A DNA stretch of 64,000 bases from the human T2T-CHM13v2.0 reference genome, Homo sapiens. The position numbers and the translations under genes are program-made. How positions within the stretch are numbered: position 1 is the stretch's first letter; the number at the start of each line of letters is the position of its first letter. Below the pieces are notes generated by a model. It saw only the letters and a list, made by a program, of their open reading frames with translations. It made no database searches and had not been told where the DNA came from. The DNA is taken from assembly GCF_009914755.1 (NCBI RefSeq), contig NC_060938.1. The stretch is one strand, 5' to 3'. Below are positions 40,701 through 64,000 of this stretch, in pieces.

Positions 40701-41360
40701 ATTAAAAAAAAAAAAATCTTAGCAAAACCTGAACTGCCTAAGGTTTTATTGAAAGCAAAATAATCAATACCCATGATAGTTATTATTACAAGACAGCACA
40801 CAGCATTGTGTAGTAAAATAGTTATTTACTGGCTTTCTTGCCAACTGAGTTTTGAGCTATTTGAGAGCAAGGAGTCCTTCATCTCTGTCCTGTTGTCTGG
40901 CTGGAATAGACATTGAATGAAGCTCCAGGACCCAGGGAATGGAGAAAGCCTGGCGAGAGAAGGAAAGTGCTCCATTCCTCCCGCCCCTCATTCCAGGTTG
41001 AACCGAGAGGGTCAAATACAGACCCAGTATTTGAAATAGCACTTTGGATGGCAAAAGGTTACCCCCACGAAGGTCTTTAAAGTCTCAAGGTGATGTTCAT
41101 TAGCGTCGTCATGTGTATTTCTCTGGCCAAGACAGATAATGAAAGAAATGAAAGGAAGAACAAAGCAAGGGTCACTCAATCGCAAAACAGGCAGTGAGAG
41201 TGTAGTTTCTAGAAGGAATTACCCACAGGTCATGGAGCAGTTCACCAAGTCCTTCTGATTCATGTTTCTTCATGTTTGTGCTCATTTAAAAACAGCCAAA
41301 GTCAACACAGAAAAGTAGTAAACCTTCTGCCTTCGTGGCCTTTGATTTCCTTTCTTTTAA

Positions 41361-41810
<450 letters not shown>

Positions 41811-43867
41811 CCAGTCTTGTTTTAAAATGACACGTTGAGAACAAATGAAAGAAGGCTATTAGTTGTAAAGTTATTTCTAAAAATGGAGGAAATAAATGAG
41901 ATGTAAAATTGTGAACAATGTAATTGACTCCCAGCTGTGTGTTCATCACATTAGAACTGCAAATGTCAGAATTTATTTTCCTACTCAGTGGTTTGATAAA
42001 ATGGTAATAAGTTGCTTACACACACGATTGTGTGTTTAAAAAGGCTGTAGCTTCTTATAATTAGAGATTGATTCCACTGTTAGCCTGGCAAGTGGTCCAG
42101 CTTTTAGCGTGAAGACAGGATCGGTTCTCAATGAGGAGTTGCTGTTATCTATGGTGGAGTAGGGAGATATTCTAGGGCTGATTATTCACCCGTTGGCATC
42201 CTCTGACTTGAGTCATTTTGGTCATTTCCCTGCTTATCAGTACCCATAACAGAGAAAAAAATGTAGGGTCAAGAACCTGAAAGTCAAAGCAATTAATTTG
42301 ACTTTTTACTTACAGCTTTTTATTTCCATGCTATTTTTTTCAAAATGTAAATAGCTTTATTATTATTTTCTGTTTGTAGAAGTAATATGTGCTCATTGTA
42401 AAAATATATATATGTAAACAATTCAGAAATATATCAAGTATAAAGTCCTATTGCAAATTTTACTCCCCCAAAATAACTACTATTAGGAGTTTTATCTCTA
42501 TCCATACAGGTCTTTCTGTCCATGACTGAAACATGTACTACCATTTTGGTTTCCTAATGGGATCATATTACTTACGGAATTCTGTAACTTTTCTTTCTCC
42601 CAATGTGCTGATGTCATATGGTTGATAAAATGTGACAGTGTGCTTAAAGTGTTTAGCCCAGCACCTGTCACACAGTTAGGACTCAGTAAGTAGTGACATT
42701 TATTCAAAGGAGATTTGGAGGTTGTCTTTGGCTTTCATATCAGCATTCCCTATTTACCATGGATAATTGAGAATTTATATAAAATGTCAGAGAAGGGAGA
42801 CTTACAGAAAGGAATCTAAAAATCCATTCAATGGGGCTTGACATGGGATCTCTGAGATCTCAAAAATGCCATGTACGGCTGTGTGATGTGTGCACTGCAC
42901 AAAGGCCCCTAGCTGAGGGGTAAGCCCACCCTGCCTGCACTCCATAGCTGCACCCATGGGGCCTTTTTCTTCTCAGAGGGGAGTTTCTTTCCAATTTGCA
43001 CAGATTGGTGCTATACCCACTAGTGACATCTCTTTGACTGCTGGTAAGAGGTTGCTTCTGGGGTTAATTTTCTGTTATATGGCCCAGAAGAAATGGCCAG
43101 GGGAAGAGTACGGCCAGAAAAAAACACATCGAGGCAGGCAGTGTCTAGAAGGCAACAGTGGAGCTCTGGGGAAGTCAGCAAGGTCAGCAAGGCACAAAGT
43201 GTTTTGTTCCGTTAATCAGGCACAGTGGGGCTCAGAAGGCTCTAGAAGGATAGAATCACATGGGACCAGTGTGGTTCAGACGTCCAGTTAGCACTGGAGA
43301 TGCTAACTGGTGAGGTCCGTCCTCTCACAGAGCTTTAACTTTATCATAAATTGCATAAATACATGAGAGGTTATTTGAGATGGGGCAAGTGATGTTGAAA
43401 GCAAACAAACACAGACTGTGATGATTGAATGCAGCTGGGGAGCGGGGCAGGCTACTCTTCAGGTGGCCAAGGGTCTGGGGAAGTGATATTGAAGCTGAGA
43501 CCTGCATCCAGCAGTGTGAATGAGGAACCGGGGAAGAGCATTCCAGGCAGAGAGAATAGCAGATGCAAAGGCCCTGTGGCGGGCCAGCATAGCTAAGGCA
43601 CAGTGAGCAAGGGGGAGAGTGTGATGAAATGGGGCTGGGGGTGAGGCAAGACTTCGAGCATGCGGGGCCCTGTAAGGCAGTGAGGAGGTGGAGTTCTTTC
43701 CTTTTGTACAGCGTGGTGCCGTTGAAGGATTCTAAGCAAGGGAGTGATGAGATCCAATTTATATTTTTAAATGATCACTCTCATAATGAAACATTAACAA
43801 TTTACTCTGACGCTGGGAGGAAACAGTGTTGTACGTGAGCAAGAAAAGAAGCAGAAACATCCGATAG

Positions 43868-44170
43868 GGGCTGGGTGCGGTGTCTCATACCTGTAATCCC
43901 AGCACTCTGGGAGGCCGAGGCAGGTGGATCGCTTGAGCCCAGGAGTTCAAGACCAGCTTGGGCAACATGGCAAAACCCCAGCTCCACTAAAAATACAAAA
44001 ATTAGCCGGGCGTCATGGCACACGCCTGTAGTCCCGCCTACTCGGGAGGCTGAACCATGAGAATCGCTTGAACCTGGGAGCTGGAGGTTGCAGTGACCCG
44101 AGATCACACCACTGCCCTCCAGCCTGGGTGACAGAGCGAGAGTACGTCTCAAAAACAAACAAAAAAAAAT
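43868..44170 (+). mobile_element. Alu
   Basis: Sense Alu consensus. Confidence 0.93.
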
Positions 44171-45464
44171 TCTGCTAGGAACGTGCACAGTGGTCCAGAC
44201 CAGCAGTGAGGTCTTCGACTGTGGGGTGACTGTGCAGATGGCAGGTAGTCAGATTTGAGATTTTGGGATGCAGGACCCACCATTTCAGGGGAACCAGGCA
44301 AATTATCATGAAAGAGACTGGAGACGTAAGGGTTAAAACAGGCCCCTTGGCTTTGGGGTTCGATGTTGGAGTGTGGTTATAAGAACAGGGAGAAAAACCA
44401 CACCTCAGAGCCTCTGAGCCATCATGCAAGGCTCCTTAAATTCAAGAGGTGGATTCTCCCAGTGCCTGTTCTCACCTATAAAAGATGTAAGAGACTTGTT
44501 CATTTCTTCTGGTTCTTGAAGTCCTACCACGCATCAAAAACATTCTGGTTCTTGAAGACCCATTGAGAAGCAATGAACATGAACATTTTAACGTACCGTA
44601 CTACAAGGCAGTAATTTGATACTGGGGGAAGAGGGAACAAAGGAATGGTGCTATTAACTGTTCAACATTGGTGCAGGGCTGGGGACTGTGAGTCATCATC
44701 CCTTCCAGACGAGTCCCCTCTCTCTAAAGAGAGAAATCTGGTACTAAAACTGGACAAGCACGGAAATAAATTGAAACCCATTTCATTTTAATGTTGCGCC
44801 CTTGAAAATCCCACAGGATTCCCTGTAAGATCCTGCTGTACCCTCCGAATTATCTGAGGAAGATTAGTCATGCCCCGTAGAGTTTGCGGGTTAAGGATTT
44901 GGATGGGAACTGCGGATAAATGTGCCTGTGACTTCTGTAAGTTTTAAGTTCCTTGATGAGAAATAAATCAGCAAAGGTCATTGTCTCCCCGGGGCGCGGT
45001 GGATGTTTTAATGATCATTCCTCTGGCTACTTTTGGCAGAATTCAGATTAAGGAAGTAAATGATGGCAACTTAAAGGCAACATGTGGCAGAGGGGACCTG
45101 AGCCCCCCACAGCTCTCAGCCACCCACTCTCATATTAGGGGAAGTTACGTTATTTCTCAGCTGACCAATTTAAGCTCCTACCCATAGCGAATGAGAAGGA
45201 AGGGCGTCACTCCGCCACCTGCCACCCCATCCCCTGGAAATGGGGGTCCTCCTGGACACTGTAGCTTCCCCAGGTCAAAACCAAGAGAGCTGGACCCTGC
45301 TAGCAGCCCTTCCTCCTCCATTACTTGCCTGTCCCTCAGGAAGTGACTCAAAGGTTGACTGCATTCCCAGGAGGGTTTGCCTTCAATGCAAACACACACA
45401 AGAAAGTGGCGTCACAGTTTGAGGCTTGATAGTATAACCAGAGCTATTTGTTTTAAACCATAGC

Positions 45465-51400
<5,936 letters not shown>

Positions 51401-53167
51401 CAGGCATATTTTTCTAATTTTTTCTTTTTCTAGAGACAGGGTCTCACTCTGTCACCCAGGCTGGAATGCAGTGGCACAATCATAGCTCATTGCAACCCTA
51501 AACTCCTGGGCTCAAGCGATCCCCCCTCAGCCTCCTGAGTAGCTAGGACTACAGACATGCTACCACACCTGGCTTGTTTTTTTGGTTGGGATAGGATCTC
51601 CTTCTTTCTTTCCCTCCTGGTTTGTGATGTTTTTATCAGTTTGTGTACAGTTAATATTTGAAAAATATTAACATTTTAATTATGGCAGACATCTTTTCTT
51701 AGATTTCTTAGATTGTCACTTGCCTTTTTTAATGTATAAGATATTTTGAAATTGATATATAGTCAAAGTTATTACAATATTTTCCTTTGAGATTTCTTCC
51801 GTTGTGTTGGGGCTTATATCTCTCATCTCTGTCCATGAGATATTTATGTTTAATTATCCTAGTATTTTTAGAGGTCAATATTCTTACATTTAATGATTTT
51901 ATATACCTGTGATTTAATTAATTATATGCTGTGAGGTTAGGTTATACTTTTTAAAAATATTGAATGTTCCTGGCCTCACTGACTGCATAGGTCTTTCTTT
52001 CTCTCCTGTTTTGTGATGCTGCTTTTACCACTCATAAGTCTTATGTTTATAGGAGCCGGGCATGGTGGCTCAGGCCTGTAATCCCCGCACTTTGGGAGGC
52101 TGAGATGGGCAGATCACCTGAGGTCAGGAGGTCAAGACCAGCCTGGTGAAACCCTGTCTACTAAAAATACAAAAAGTATTAGCCGAGCGTGGTGGTGCAT
52201 GCCTGTAGTACCAGCTATTCGGGAGGCTGAGGCATGAGGATGGCTTGAGCTCAGGAGGTGCAGGTTGCAGTAAGCTGAGAGCACAGCACTGCACTATGGC
52301 TTGGGTGACAGAGTGTGACTCCATCTCAAAATATAATAATAATAATAACAAGTCTTAGGTTTACAGGGGTCCCTTTTGGAGCTTTTATTCTCTTTTATAA
52401 TGTGCCTGCCCATTCTTGCCGTAGCACCACACCATTAATCCTATAAAACATAAATCTTATAAAGCACAATTATTCAGTCAGAAGTCCTTTCTAGGGCACC
52501 TCCCAAGTTATACATGCCACGATGAGATCCTCTCCCTGCCTTCAAGGGCCTTACTGGCCCATCATGGCCCAGAAGGGGAGAATAACCTGCAAACAGATCA
52601 TTTCATGTGGATAATAAATGCTGCCACAGATAAGAAAGGAGCATTAACTCTGCCAGGAGAAGCTGAGCAAGGTTCCACAGAGAAAGTGGCCATTGAACTA
52701 GGCCTTGAATGGGAAGAAGAGGGACAGGGTAGGCAAACGATGTACAGGGGCAGCACTCCAGAGGTGCAGAGTGACAAGGTGCCTTTGGAATAGCAGAAGC
52801 TCTGCTGCGCAGTGGGAGGGATCAGAAGGTGGCGGGGAAAGTTCAGATTCTGGCAGTCCCTTGGGACCCTGCTAAGGAACGCATATTTTATCGTATGAGC
52901 AGAAGGGTGCTAATAGAGAACTTTAGGAAAGAATGTAATAAATCATATTCGCTCTGCTAATCATCACTCAACTTGTGAGATGCTGGACAGACACAAATGA
53001 GTAACAACACACTGTTCTTGCTATCCAGCAGCTCCCAGTCAAATACAGGAGGTCAATATTTTGCACTGAATTACAAATACACTGTAAAAGTGCTATTGTG
53101 ATGGTAACATCCAGTTGTGCCTCCCTGAAAGATGAATGAGGTCAGGAAAGGTTTATATATTGCATGG

Positions 53168-53830
<663 letters not shown>

Positions 53831-54843
53831 GTTTGCCTGTTGCTGTGGCTGGGGACAAGCCATGAGGTCATCACAGCAGGCATGGTGAGTTGTGAAGAAG
53901 GTTTAAACCAAGGTGCTAGGGTCATGGTGATGGAAAGAAGAATTCAGAAGGCATTTTTAAGAAGCAACTTGAGTACACACCGAATTCAGAGACATGGGAG
54001 AGGGCAAAAGATGATTGAGGTTTCTAACTTAATTCCACAAATGCAAATAGAGCACTTACTATGTCCAGGCATTGTGCTAGGCACTGGAGACATAACAGCG
54101 ATCAAGTAATCCACAGCCCTCCAACTGTTTAGCATCTAGTAGGTGAGACAGTAAAGTGAACCAGCAATTACATACAATACAGAGCTATGGCTACCAGAGG
54201 GGTGTGTACATGTTGCTCACATAAAGATACATAAGCGCTCAGAAGAGGGACCCATAACCTAGTCTTCAGAGATTTCATGGAATTGTAATGTTTAAACTGA
54301 CTTGAAGTACGCTGTAGAAATTTCCCAGCCAAAGAAGGGAGTGGAAAACTGAAAGAGCATCTCAGGCCGAGGTACAGAAGCTGGAGAGGATGTGGCTTGT
54401 TTGGGGATGATAGTTAAGTACGGCTGGTTTTGAACCTGGGAAGTCTGGTTATACAGCCCATGTGCTTAACTACTATGCTCTCCTGTTAAAGGTAATATCT
54501 GGGCCAGGTGTACTGGCTCACACCTGTAATCCCAGCGTTTGGGGAGGCTAAGGCGAAGGACTGTTTGCGGCCAGGAGTTCAAGACAAGCCTGGGCAACAT
54601 AGCGAGACCCTGTCCAGACAAAAAGTAAAAATAATAAATGAAATAAAGGTAAAATTCTCAATCTGTCTCTCAAAGGTCTTCATGAGTGAGACACTCCAAC
54701 CTGCAAAATCCAGAGACATATTTGATGAGGCAAAAACCAGCCACATCAGAGAAGGTCTGTCTGATGCACAGGAAGGCAGGTTTCCAGTTTCAGGTGTACA
54801 TGCTAACAGGAACTTCTTCAAGGAAGCCCATGGTTAGCAGAGT

Positions 54844-55390
<547 letters not shown>

Positions 55391-55409
55391 GAGCCTCAAA
55401 AGTAACCTA

Positions 55410-56990
<1,581 letters not shown>

Positions 56991-58383
56991 AGTAACCTAT
57001 TTTAATTGACATAGAGTCTCCCCCTTCAAGGAGGTTTCATTCCGTGGGTTTCTGAGGCCTAGGAGATCTGTAGCACAGGATCATGCTGGACTGCATTGTA
57101 GTAAGGGCCTGGTCTGGGCCTTGACATTTCCCTAGCTTTGCCCCTCTGACACTCAACTCCGCCCATCCCCATTGCCACCCTGCTGACACTTGCCTGAGCA
57201 CACCATGCTCTTCCTATGCACTAGAAGTTCCCTGAGCCTGCATTGTTTCTCCTGCAACCCTACCTAGACCACATGTACTGATTCTTCTGGCCTCAGCTCA
57301 GACATCCCCTGCCTCCCAGGGGAAGCCTTCTCTGACCTCCCTGACTCTCCTTCCCCTGGCCTTCCCAGACCCTAGTCAGAATTAAGTATTCCTCCCACTG
57401 TACTCCCTAAAGCCCCAAGAATAAGTAGGGCTTAGTGATTAAGGCACTTTCTTTGGAGTCAGAAAGACTGTAGTTCTCATACTGGCTCTGCTTCTTCCTA
57501 GCTGTGTGACCATGAGCAATTTCTTTTACCTCTATAAGTCTCTGTAAAATAGAAACTTAATACCAGTACTATCTATCTCACAGTTTCCTGAATAAAATGA
57601 TCCATGTAAAAGTTTATAGCACAGAGCCTGGAACCCGGTACATGCTGGATAAATACTAACTGTTGCTGTTATTATCATCACTATAGTTTACTTATCCTTA
57701 TTTATGAGTCTATTTTCACTATTGCACTTGCAGGCAGGAACTGTGTTTACTTTTTTGTCATGATCTAAGCATATAGCACATAATCTGGCATGCAGTGAAT
57801 ATGCAGTGAATATTGTGGTATGGATGAAGTTTCCATTTATGGAAAGCCCTTGATCTAATGTCATCAGGAGTACTGAAAAGGGATCATGAGAAGAAACATG
57901 GGCTGCAGTCTGAAGGCCTCTGAGCTGTGAAGATCAGCTTAGATCTCTCTCGACTTAGAGGCAGGGAGCTGTCTTCAGGCATGGCAGCCACAGCTCTATG
58001 TCCTGTGTGCCCAGCCTTTCTCCCAAGAGCGGTGACACCTGGTAGCCCCCATCTGCCCACCAAAGAATGTGCTTAGAGCAGGCCACCTAGCCTCTGTCCT
58101 GGCGTCACCAGGTGGTGGTGGGTGGGTCTTGGCATGGATCTTGCCCCCTGATGTGGTTAGTTCCAGTTGGACTCAGCCTCTTATCTGGTCTGCATCTCTG
58201 ATTGGCCCTATGCTCTGACTTCAGTCAGGATTTTATCCTTTGCTTCTGCCTGACCCTAATTAGGCAGCATGTGTTCTATTTGGTTTGCTCTGAAACCATG
58301 AGAATGTTCTGCCCTTGCCAACAGTCCTGAATGATCTCTACCAACACTGAATGTGGGCTTTCCTACAACAGCACCACTTCTAC

Positions 58384-58682
58384 TACCCACAATGCTGTGC
58401 TCTCCTACCCATAATGCCTGCTCTTCTACCCACAATGCCTGCTCTCCTACCCACAATGCTGTGCTCTCCTACCCACAATACCTGCTCTCCTACCCACAAT
58501 GCCATGCTCTCCCACCCATAATGCCTGCTCTCTTAACACACAATACCTGCTCTCCTACCCATAATGCCTGCTCTTCTACCTACAGTGCCATGGTCTTCCA
58601 CCCATAATGCCTGCTTCTCTACCCACAATGCCTGCTCTACTACCCACAATGCTTGCTCTCTTACCCACAATGCTATGCTCTT
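58384..58682. repeat. Minisatellite, 21-22 bp unit TACCCACAATGCCTGCTCTCC, about 14 copies
   Basis: Direct tandem repeats visible. Confidence 0.92.
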
Positions 58683-59089
58683 TACTAAGCATGTGCTCTA
58701 CTAGCCTAGCCCATCCTGCAGTCTGTTTCCTGGTCAGCCTGTCCAGCTGCCATTGCGTGATTGGTTACAATGACAGGAGAGGATAAACAGGACCATTCAG
58801 ACATACTCAGAACTATCAGAGGTATCAATAAGAATGGCTTATAAAAAACCAATCAGTTTGTTTACATAAATGGTTACTTGTAGGTTAAGGACATTTGTAA
58901 ATCACTTATTCTCTAGATAATTTCAAAATTTTCCCTTGGACACTTGCTTACCCTATTAATTTTATTAATTTAATTAGCTAGCCCTTCCCCTGTGAGATAT
59001 TGCATTGGCAAATTTAGGTGGGAATAATTGCAAAAGCTGTACAGGAAGAGGTGAAGTTAATCTGACTATGTACTGTATGTACAAATGAA

Positions 59090-60740
59090 AATAATATTTG
59101 TTGAGCCCTTACTATGTTTCAGGCATCATCCTAGGCTCTGAGGATACAGCAGTGAACAAGACAGACAAAAATCTCTGTCCTAGTGGAACATACATTCTAA
59201 TAGGAGAGACAATAAATAAATATATAAAATATATGGTATATCATACTGGTGATACGTGCTGTAGAAAAATTACAGTAAAGCAGGAAAGAGGGATGGGAGT
59301 TTTGAGTTTTCTTTAGGGTGGTTGGGGAAGGCTTCACTGAGAAGGTGGCATTTGAGCAAACACATGAAGAGGTGAAAGGATGAGGCTTGCAGCTATCTGG
59401 GGGAAATGCAGAGGAAGCAAGAGGTGCAGCGGGGGCCTGGGATGGAGGAGGAGCAGCAAGGAGGCCATGGAGCCAAAGAGACTGAGTGAACAGTGGAGGG
59501 GCTGGAGAAGAAGTTAGAGGTAGGATTGGGGAGGGGAAGATTGGGGCAGCTTTGTGGGCTCTTGGAAAGACTTTGGTTTTCACACCAGGTGAATGGGGGC
59601 CAATGGAGAGTTTGGGGCTACGGGGTGTGTGATCTGACTTGTTTCTGAAGGATGGCTCTGGCTGCTGCAGGCTAGGGAAGGATAGCTGCAGAGGGACCAT
59701 TCAGGAGACTCCTACAAGAATTCAGGGAAAACAGAATATTTTGGACTGGAGAGGTAGCAGGAAAGGTGATGAGAAATGGTTGAGTTCTGAATATATTTTG
59801 GTAGGTAGAACAAACGGGATCTCTTGATGGATCGGATGTGTCAGAGAAAGAGTACAAGATGACTATTTTATTTTAGTCCTCAACAACTGGAAGGGGAAAG
59901 TTGCTATTTTTTGAAAAAAGAAAAACTGTGGGTGGATCAGATTGGAGGGGAAATAAAGGAATTCCATTTTGGACCTGTTAATTTGAGAATCAGTATTACA
60001 TAGCCAAGTGGAAAAGTAAAACAGGCAGCTGGATACACGAGTATGGAGTTCGGCAGAATGAGTTCAAACTAGAGATAAAATCTGGAAGACAGGCCAGGCG
60101 TGGTGGCTCACACCTGTAATCTCAGCACTTTGGGAGGCCGAGGCAGGCAGATCACTTGAGGTCAGGAGTTCGAGACGAGCCTGGGCAACATGGCTAAACC
60201 CCATCTCTACAAAAAATATGAAAATTACCCAGGCATGGTAGCGCACACTTGTAGTCACAGCTACTTGGGGGGCTTGAGGTGGGAGGATCACTTGAGCCCG
60301 GTAGGTCGAGGCTGCAGTGAGCCACGTTCGTGCCACTGCCCTCCAGCCTAGGTGACAGAGTGAGAGTCTGGCCAAAAAAAAAAAAAAACCTAAAAGACGT
60401 CAGCATAGAGATGGTATTTAAAATCATGACACCAAATGATATCATCAAGGGAACGAACAGAGAGAGTGGAGAAGAGGCCCCAGGACTGAGGGATGGGGTG
60501 CCCCAATACTTAAAAGACAGAAATATGAAGAAGAGCTAGCAAAGGAGACTGAGAACGAGAAGACAGTGACTTAGGAAGAAAACCAGAGGAGACTTGTGTC
60601 TTGGAAACCAAATGAAAAAAATAATTTAGTATGCCAAAGGAGAAGGTTCGAGAATTGAGATGCCAGGCCAGGGTTTTGCAAGGGAGCAATTGATTCTCTG
60701 TGAATACTAAAGCCACATAGAATTGTGGCAGGAATAGTGT
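59090..60740. mobile_element. L2 LINE remnant with Alu 60092-60388
   Basis: ggatacagcagtgaacaagacagacaaaaatctctg...gaaggcttcactgagaaggtggcatttgagc L2 3' motifs. Confidence 0.8.
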
Positions 60741-61559
60741 TGAAGAGAAGGACAACTGTGAGCCAGGGACTGAAATATTCAAGGAACGGGGGCCAAAACA
60801 AGGAGGAGCAGCAGGCACATTATATACTCCATTTCACTGAATCTGACCCCCAGTCCTGTGGGGTATTACGATCATCCCATTCCACAGATGAGGCATAGGG
60901 GAGGTTAAATACCATATCCAAGGTCCTCGTGTGCATGAGTGGCAAAAGCAAGATGTGAGTCCCTGCTTTTCCCCATGGTGCTCTTCTGCCTCACATGCAG
61001 GAGGCCACCTGCTCTCCTTCTGCAAGCTGGAGCCTTCTAGCCCTGACAATATATGTCTCAAGGGTATCTTTCCAGTTGGCTGTACTGGGGTCCAGTCCAG
61101 TGGTTATACTTTCTCGTGTTGCATAAATGCATAGGTTTGGATTCTGAATAAACCAGAGTTTATTCTAGGTACAAGTAAACATAGAAAGTGCACTTACTGG
61201 AATTCAAGCAGCAAGGAATTTCATATAATCAGACACTCCCATCAATGCTATTTCAAAATAATTTGTGCTTATTTTGATAATTTTGATGTACTGCAAGAAT
61301 CTGAAATGCCATCTGGACCATCAAAGATAGTTTTAAATATAATCTGGTAAATTTGTGTGATGGGCACATTTTGACATACTTTGATAATTGCACATTTGTA
61401 TCTACTATCTATTGTAATCCTCAGTTAACCAGAATATTAATTGAACCAAAATTCATTCTGGATAAAAATCTGCTGTACTCGTGCAGGCCCTTTTCATCCC
61501 GTTAGAGTCATCCTGTCTTAGTAGTCAAGCACGTTGTAACCACGAAAAAAAAGTGTCGG

Positions 61560-62170
61560 CATTTATTTAGTTTTTAATCTTTTAGAGATGGAGTCTCACT
61601 GTGTCACCCAGGCTGGAGTGCAGTGGTGCAGTCATAGCTCACTGCAGCCTTAAACTCCTGGGCTCAAGAAATCCTCTCGCTCCGGCCTCCCGAGTAGCTG
61701 AGACTGCAGGCATGTGGCACCACACCCAGCTAAGTTTTTAAATTTTTTGTAGAGACAGGGTCTTGCTATATTGTCCAGGCTGGTCTCGAACTCCTGGACT
61801 CAAGTGATCCTGCCTTGGCCTCCTAAAGTGCTGGGATTACAGGCATGGGCCACCATACCTGGCTTGGCTTTCCTTTTTTTTTTTTTTTTTCAGACAGAGT
61901 CTTGCTCTGTCACCCAGGCTGGAGTGCGATGGCCTGATCTCGGCTCACTGCAACCTCTGCCTCCCAGTTCAAGCAATTCTCCTGCCTCAGCCTCCCGAGT
62001 AGCTGGGACTACAGGCATGTGCCACCACGCCCGGCTAATTTTTGTATTTTTAGTAGAGATGGGGTTTTGCCATGTTGGCCAGGCTGGTCTCGAGCTCCTG
62101 ATCTCAAGTGATCCATCCACCTCAGCCTCCCAGAGTGCTGGGATTACAGGTGTGAGCCACTGTGCCTGGC
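61560..62170 (-). mobile_element. Two tandem antisense Alus
   Basis: Alu consensus twice. Confidence 0.92.
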
Positions 62171-63135
62171 TAGCATTTATTTTTTCGAAGGATCAGATGG
62201 CAATGGCAATGAACCCCCGACCTTGGGAACTCCTGCTGGTGGTGCTTGGTCCCATGCCCTGGACTGAGCTGAACAAACCTTCAGGCTGATTGCAGGTTAG
62301 AAGGGAGGCGACCACAGCAGGAGCAGACCTGTCAATGGCCCAGAGCCATGGTTGCCCAGAGCTCCAGGGCCTCCTGTGAGAAGCTGGTGAAGATACCAGG
62401 GCTGGCCTGGTGTTCCATCTACCCTGACAAGACATGGCCCCAGGGACCACAGATAGACTGTGGGAAATGTCCCCGCACCCATGCCCTCCCAGCTGGTGTC
62501 CATCAGGGAAAGAGGTGGAAGAACAAAGATTATTCGTTTATTATCTGTCTCTGATAGGAGAGAGAAAAAAATATGGGCTAAGTCAAAATTCCTAAAAGGA
62601 AGCATTCATGACCTGGCCCAGGCCTTGACCTGTAACCGTGGCCACCTCTTGGCCAAGCACTGGGGACCAGAAGGGAAGGGGGGAAAACACCAGGATGGGC
62701 ACAGTCCTACTTTTGAATGGTTTACAGCCTTGTTTTCATGTTTCTTTTTCTTGGCTCCCAAAAACTGGAGAAAAAATACATTTCAAAGAAGGCTTCCTGG
62801 GGTGCAGTGTTTGAGAAGTGAGTAGGTGGGGTAGAGGAGGGAGAAGGTTCCCTTCCTCCCTTCCTGCCTGCCTGCCTTCCTTCTTTCCAAATATTTGACA
62901 AACATTGTCCTCGAGTCAAGGTCTCTGTCCTCATGCTGCGTATGTCCTACTGGGGGAGACATGCAAATGTAACAAGACCTAACAAGCAACGTAACCACAG
63001 CCTGGGACAGGCCGTAAGAGGAAGGCCTCCTTAGAACTTGACAGTAGTGTTGATTAGCCAGGCTTGTGGGAGTCTGTGGGTCCCCAGTTGGAAGAGGGCA
63101 CACTTGGGAGCTCCAGAACCCCTCAACCATCATAC

Positions 63136-63490
63136 TGTCTTAGTCCGTTTGTGTTGCTATAACAGGATACCCTAGACTGGGAAGTTTATAATGAACAGAA
63201 ATGGATTGGCTTGCAGTTCTGGGGCTGGAAAGTCCAAGGTTGAGTGGCTGGCATCAGGCAAAGGCCTTCTTGTTGCATTATCCCTTGGTGGAAGAGCAAA
63301 GAGAGGGTGAGAGAGAGCAAGAGATCAAACTCACAACCTCAGGCCCTTTTATAGTCGGCATTAATCCACTGAGAGGGGAGTGCTGATGACCTAAACACTT
63401 CCCATTCGGCCCCACCTCCCAACACTGTTGCTTTGGAGACTAAGTTTCCAACACATGTTTTTCCAGAGGTCTATGCAAACCATGACAATA
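63136..63490. mobile_element. MaLR LTR (MSTD/MLT1A-like)
   Basis: tgtcttagtccgtttgtgttgctataacag...gcaaaccatgaca. Confidence 0.85.
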
Positions 63491-63829
63491 GCTAAGACCT
63501 TTCTGCCCTGATTAGAAATCAGAAACGGAGCCAGGACTCAGGGCCTGCCTGTCCTCTCTTTCCAGGAGTCTGCTGCCCTCAGGGCCATAAACACAATCAA
63601 TCAGGCAGATGGCCTGGGTCTGTCTGTTCTTGATAACTGGTTCTTGTCAAATACAAATGGAAATGCTATTCCAGCTGCAGGAGGGCAAAGGTGTGATTAG
63701 ATGAGAAATCTCCCAAGGTGTACAATGGAAGACCCAATTAACAGAAAGTGTTACTCAGCAAACACGGGGGCTTGGCACTGTAGATGTCAATCACAGCCTC
63801 CCCTTAGAAGGGCAAACTCTTAGAACTCT

Positions 63830-64000
63830 AAGGCACATATCTAGTGTTTTATCTATATTAGGTTATTTAGTTCTCACAAAAGTCCTACGAGGGTGGTACT
63901 GTTAGTATCCTGTTTTATAGATAAAGAAACTGAGACACATAAGAGGTTAAATAATTTGCTTAAGGTTAGAATAATGACCCCACATTGCTGGGGTTTAAAT
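63830..64000. mobile_element. MIR
   Basis: ttttatagataaagaaactgagacac...aggttaaataatttgc core. Confidence 0.75.

Noticed and set aside
58353-58682. CRISPR-like array or repetitive protein
   Set aside because: Contiguous tandem units with no unique spacers, in primate DNA; an ordinary minisatellite.
59197-59700. 167-aa Pro/Ser-rich ORF
   Set aside because: It lies entirely within an L2 remnant.

Overview
Primate (human-like) intergenic DNA, very rich in Alu, L1, L2/MIR, MaLR/ERV LTRs and MER DNA transposons. I find no intact protein-coding gene, and most ORFs in the track are Alu or L1 artefacts. The one clearly recognisable gene-derived element is a processed glutaredoxin (GLRX) pseudogene at 11795-13493. 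The main finding is that the unique-sequence islands between repeats on the + strand (about 3.4-32.4 kb) read as a chain of about 19 exon-like segments, most with AG/GT boundaries and many with matching splice phases. Together they encode a decayed protein of roughly 800 aa with two colinear copies of an unidentified domain. This is a candidate unitary (lost) pseudogene, and one of its exons is split by an L1 with a target-site duplication. A weaker convergent exon chain lies on the - strand at about 34-44.5 kb. All translations and repeat names were made by eye, and repeat boundaries are approximate.
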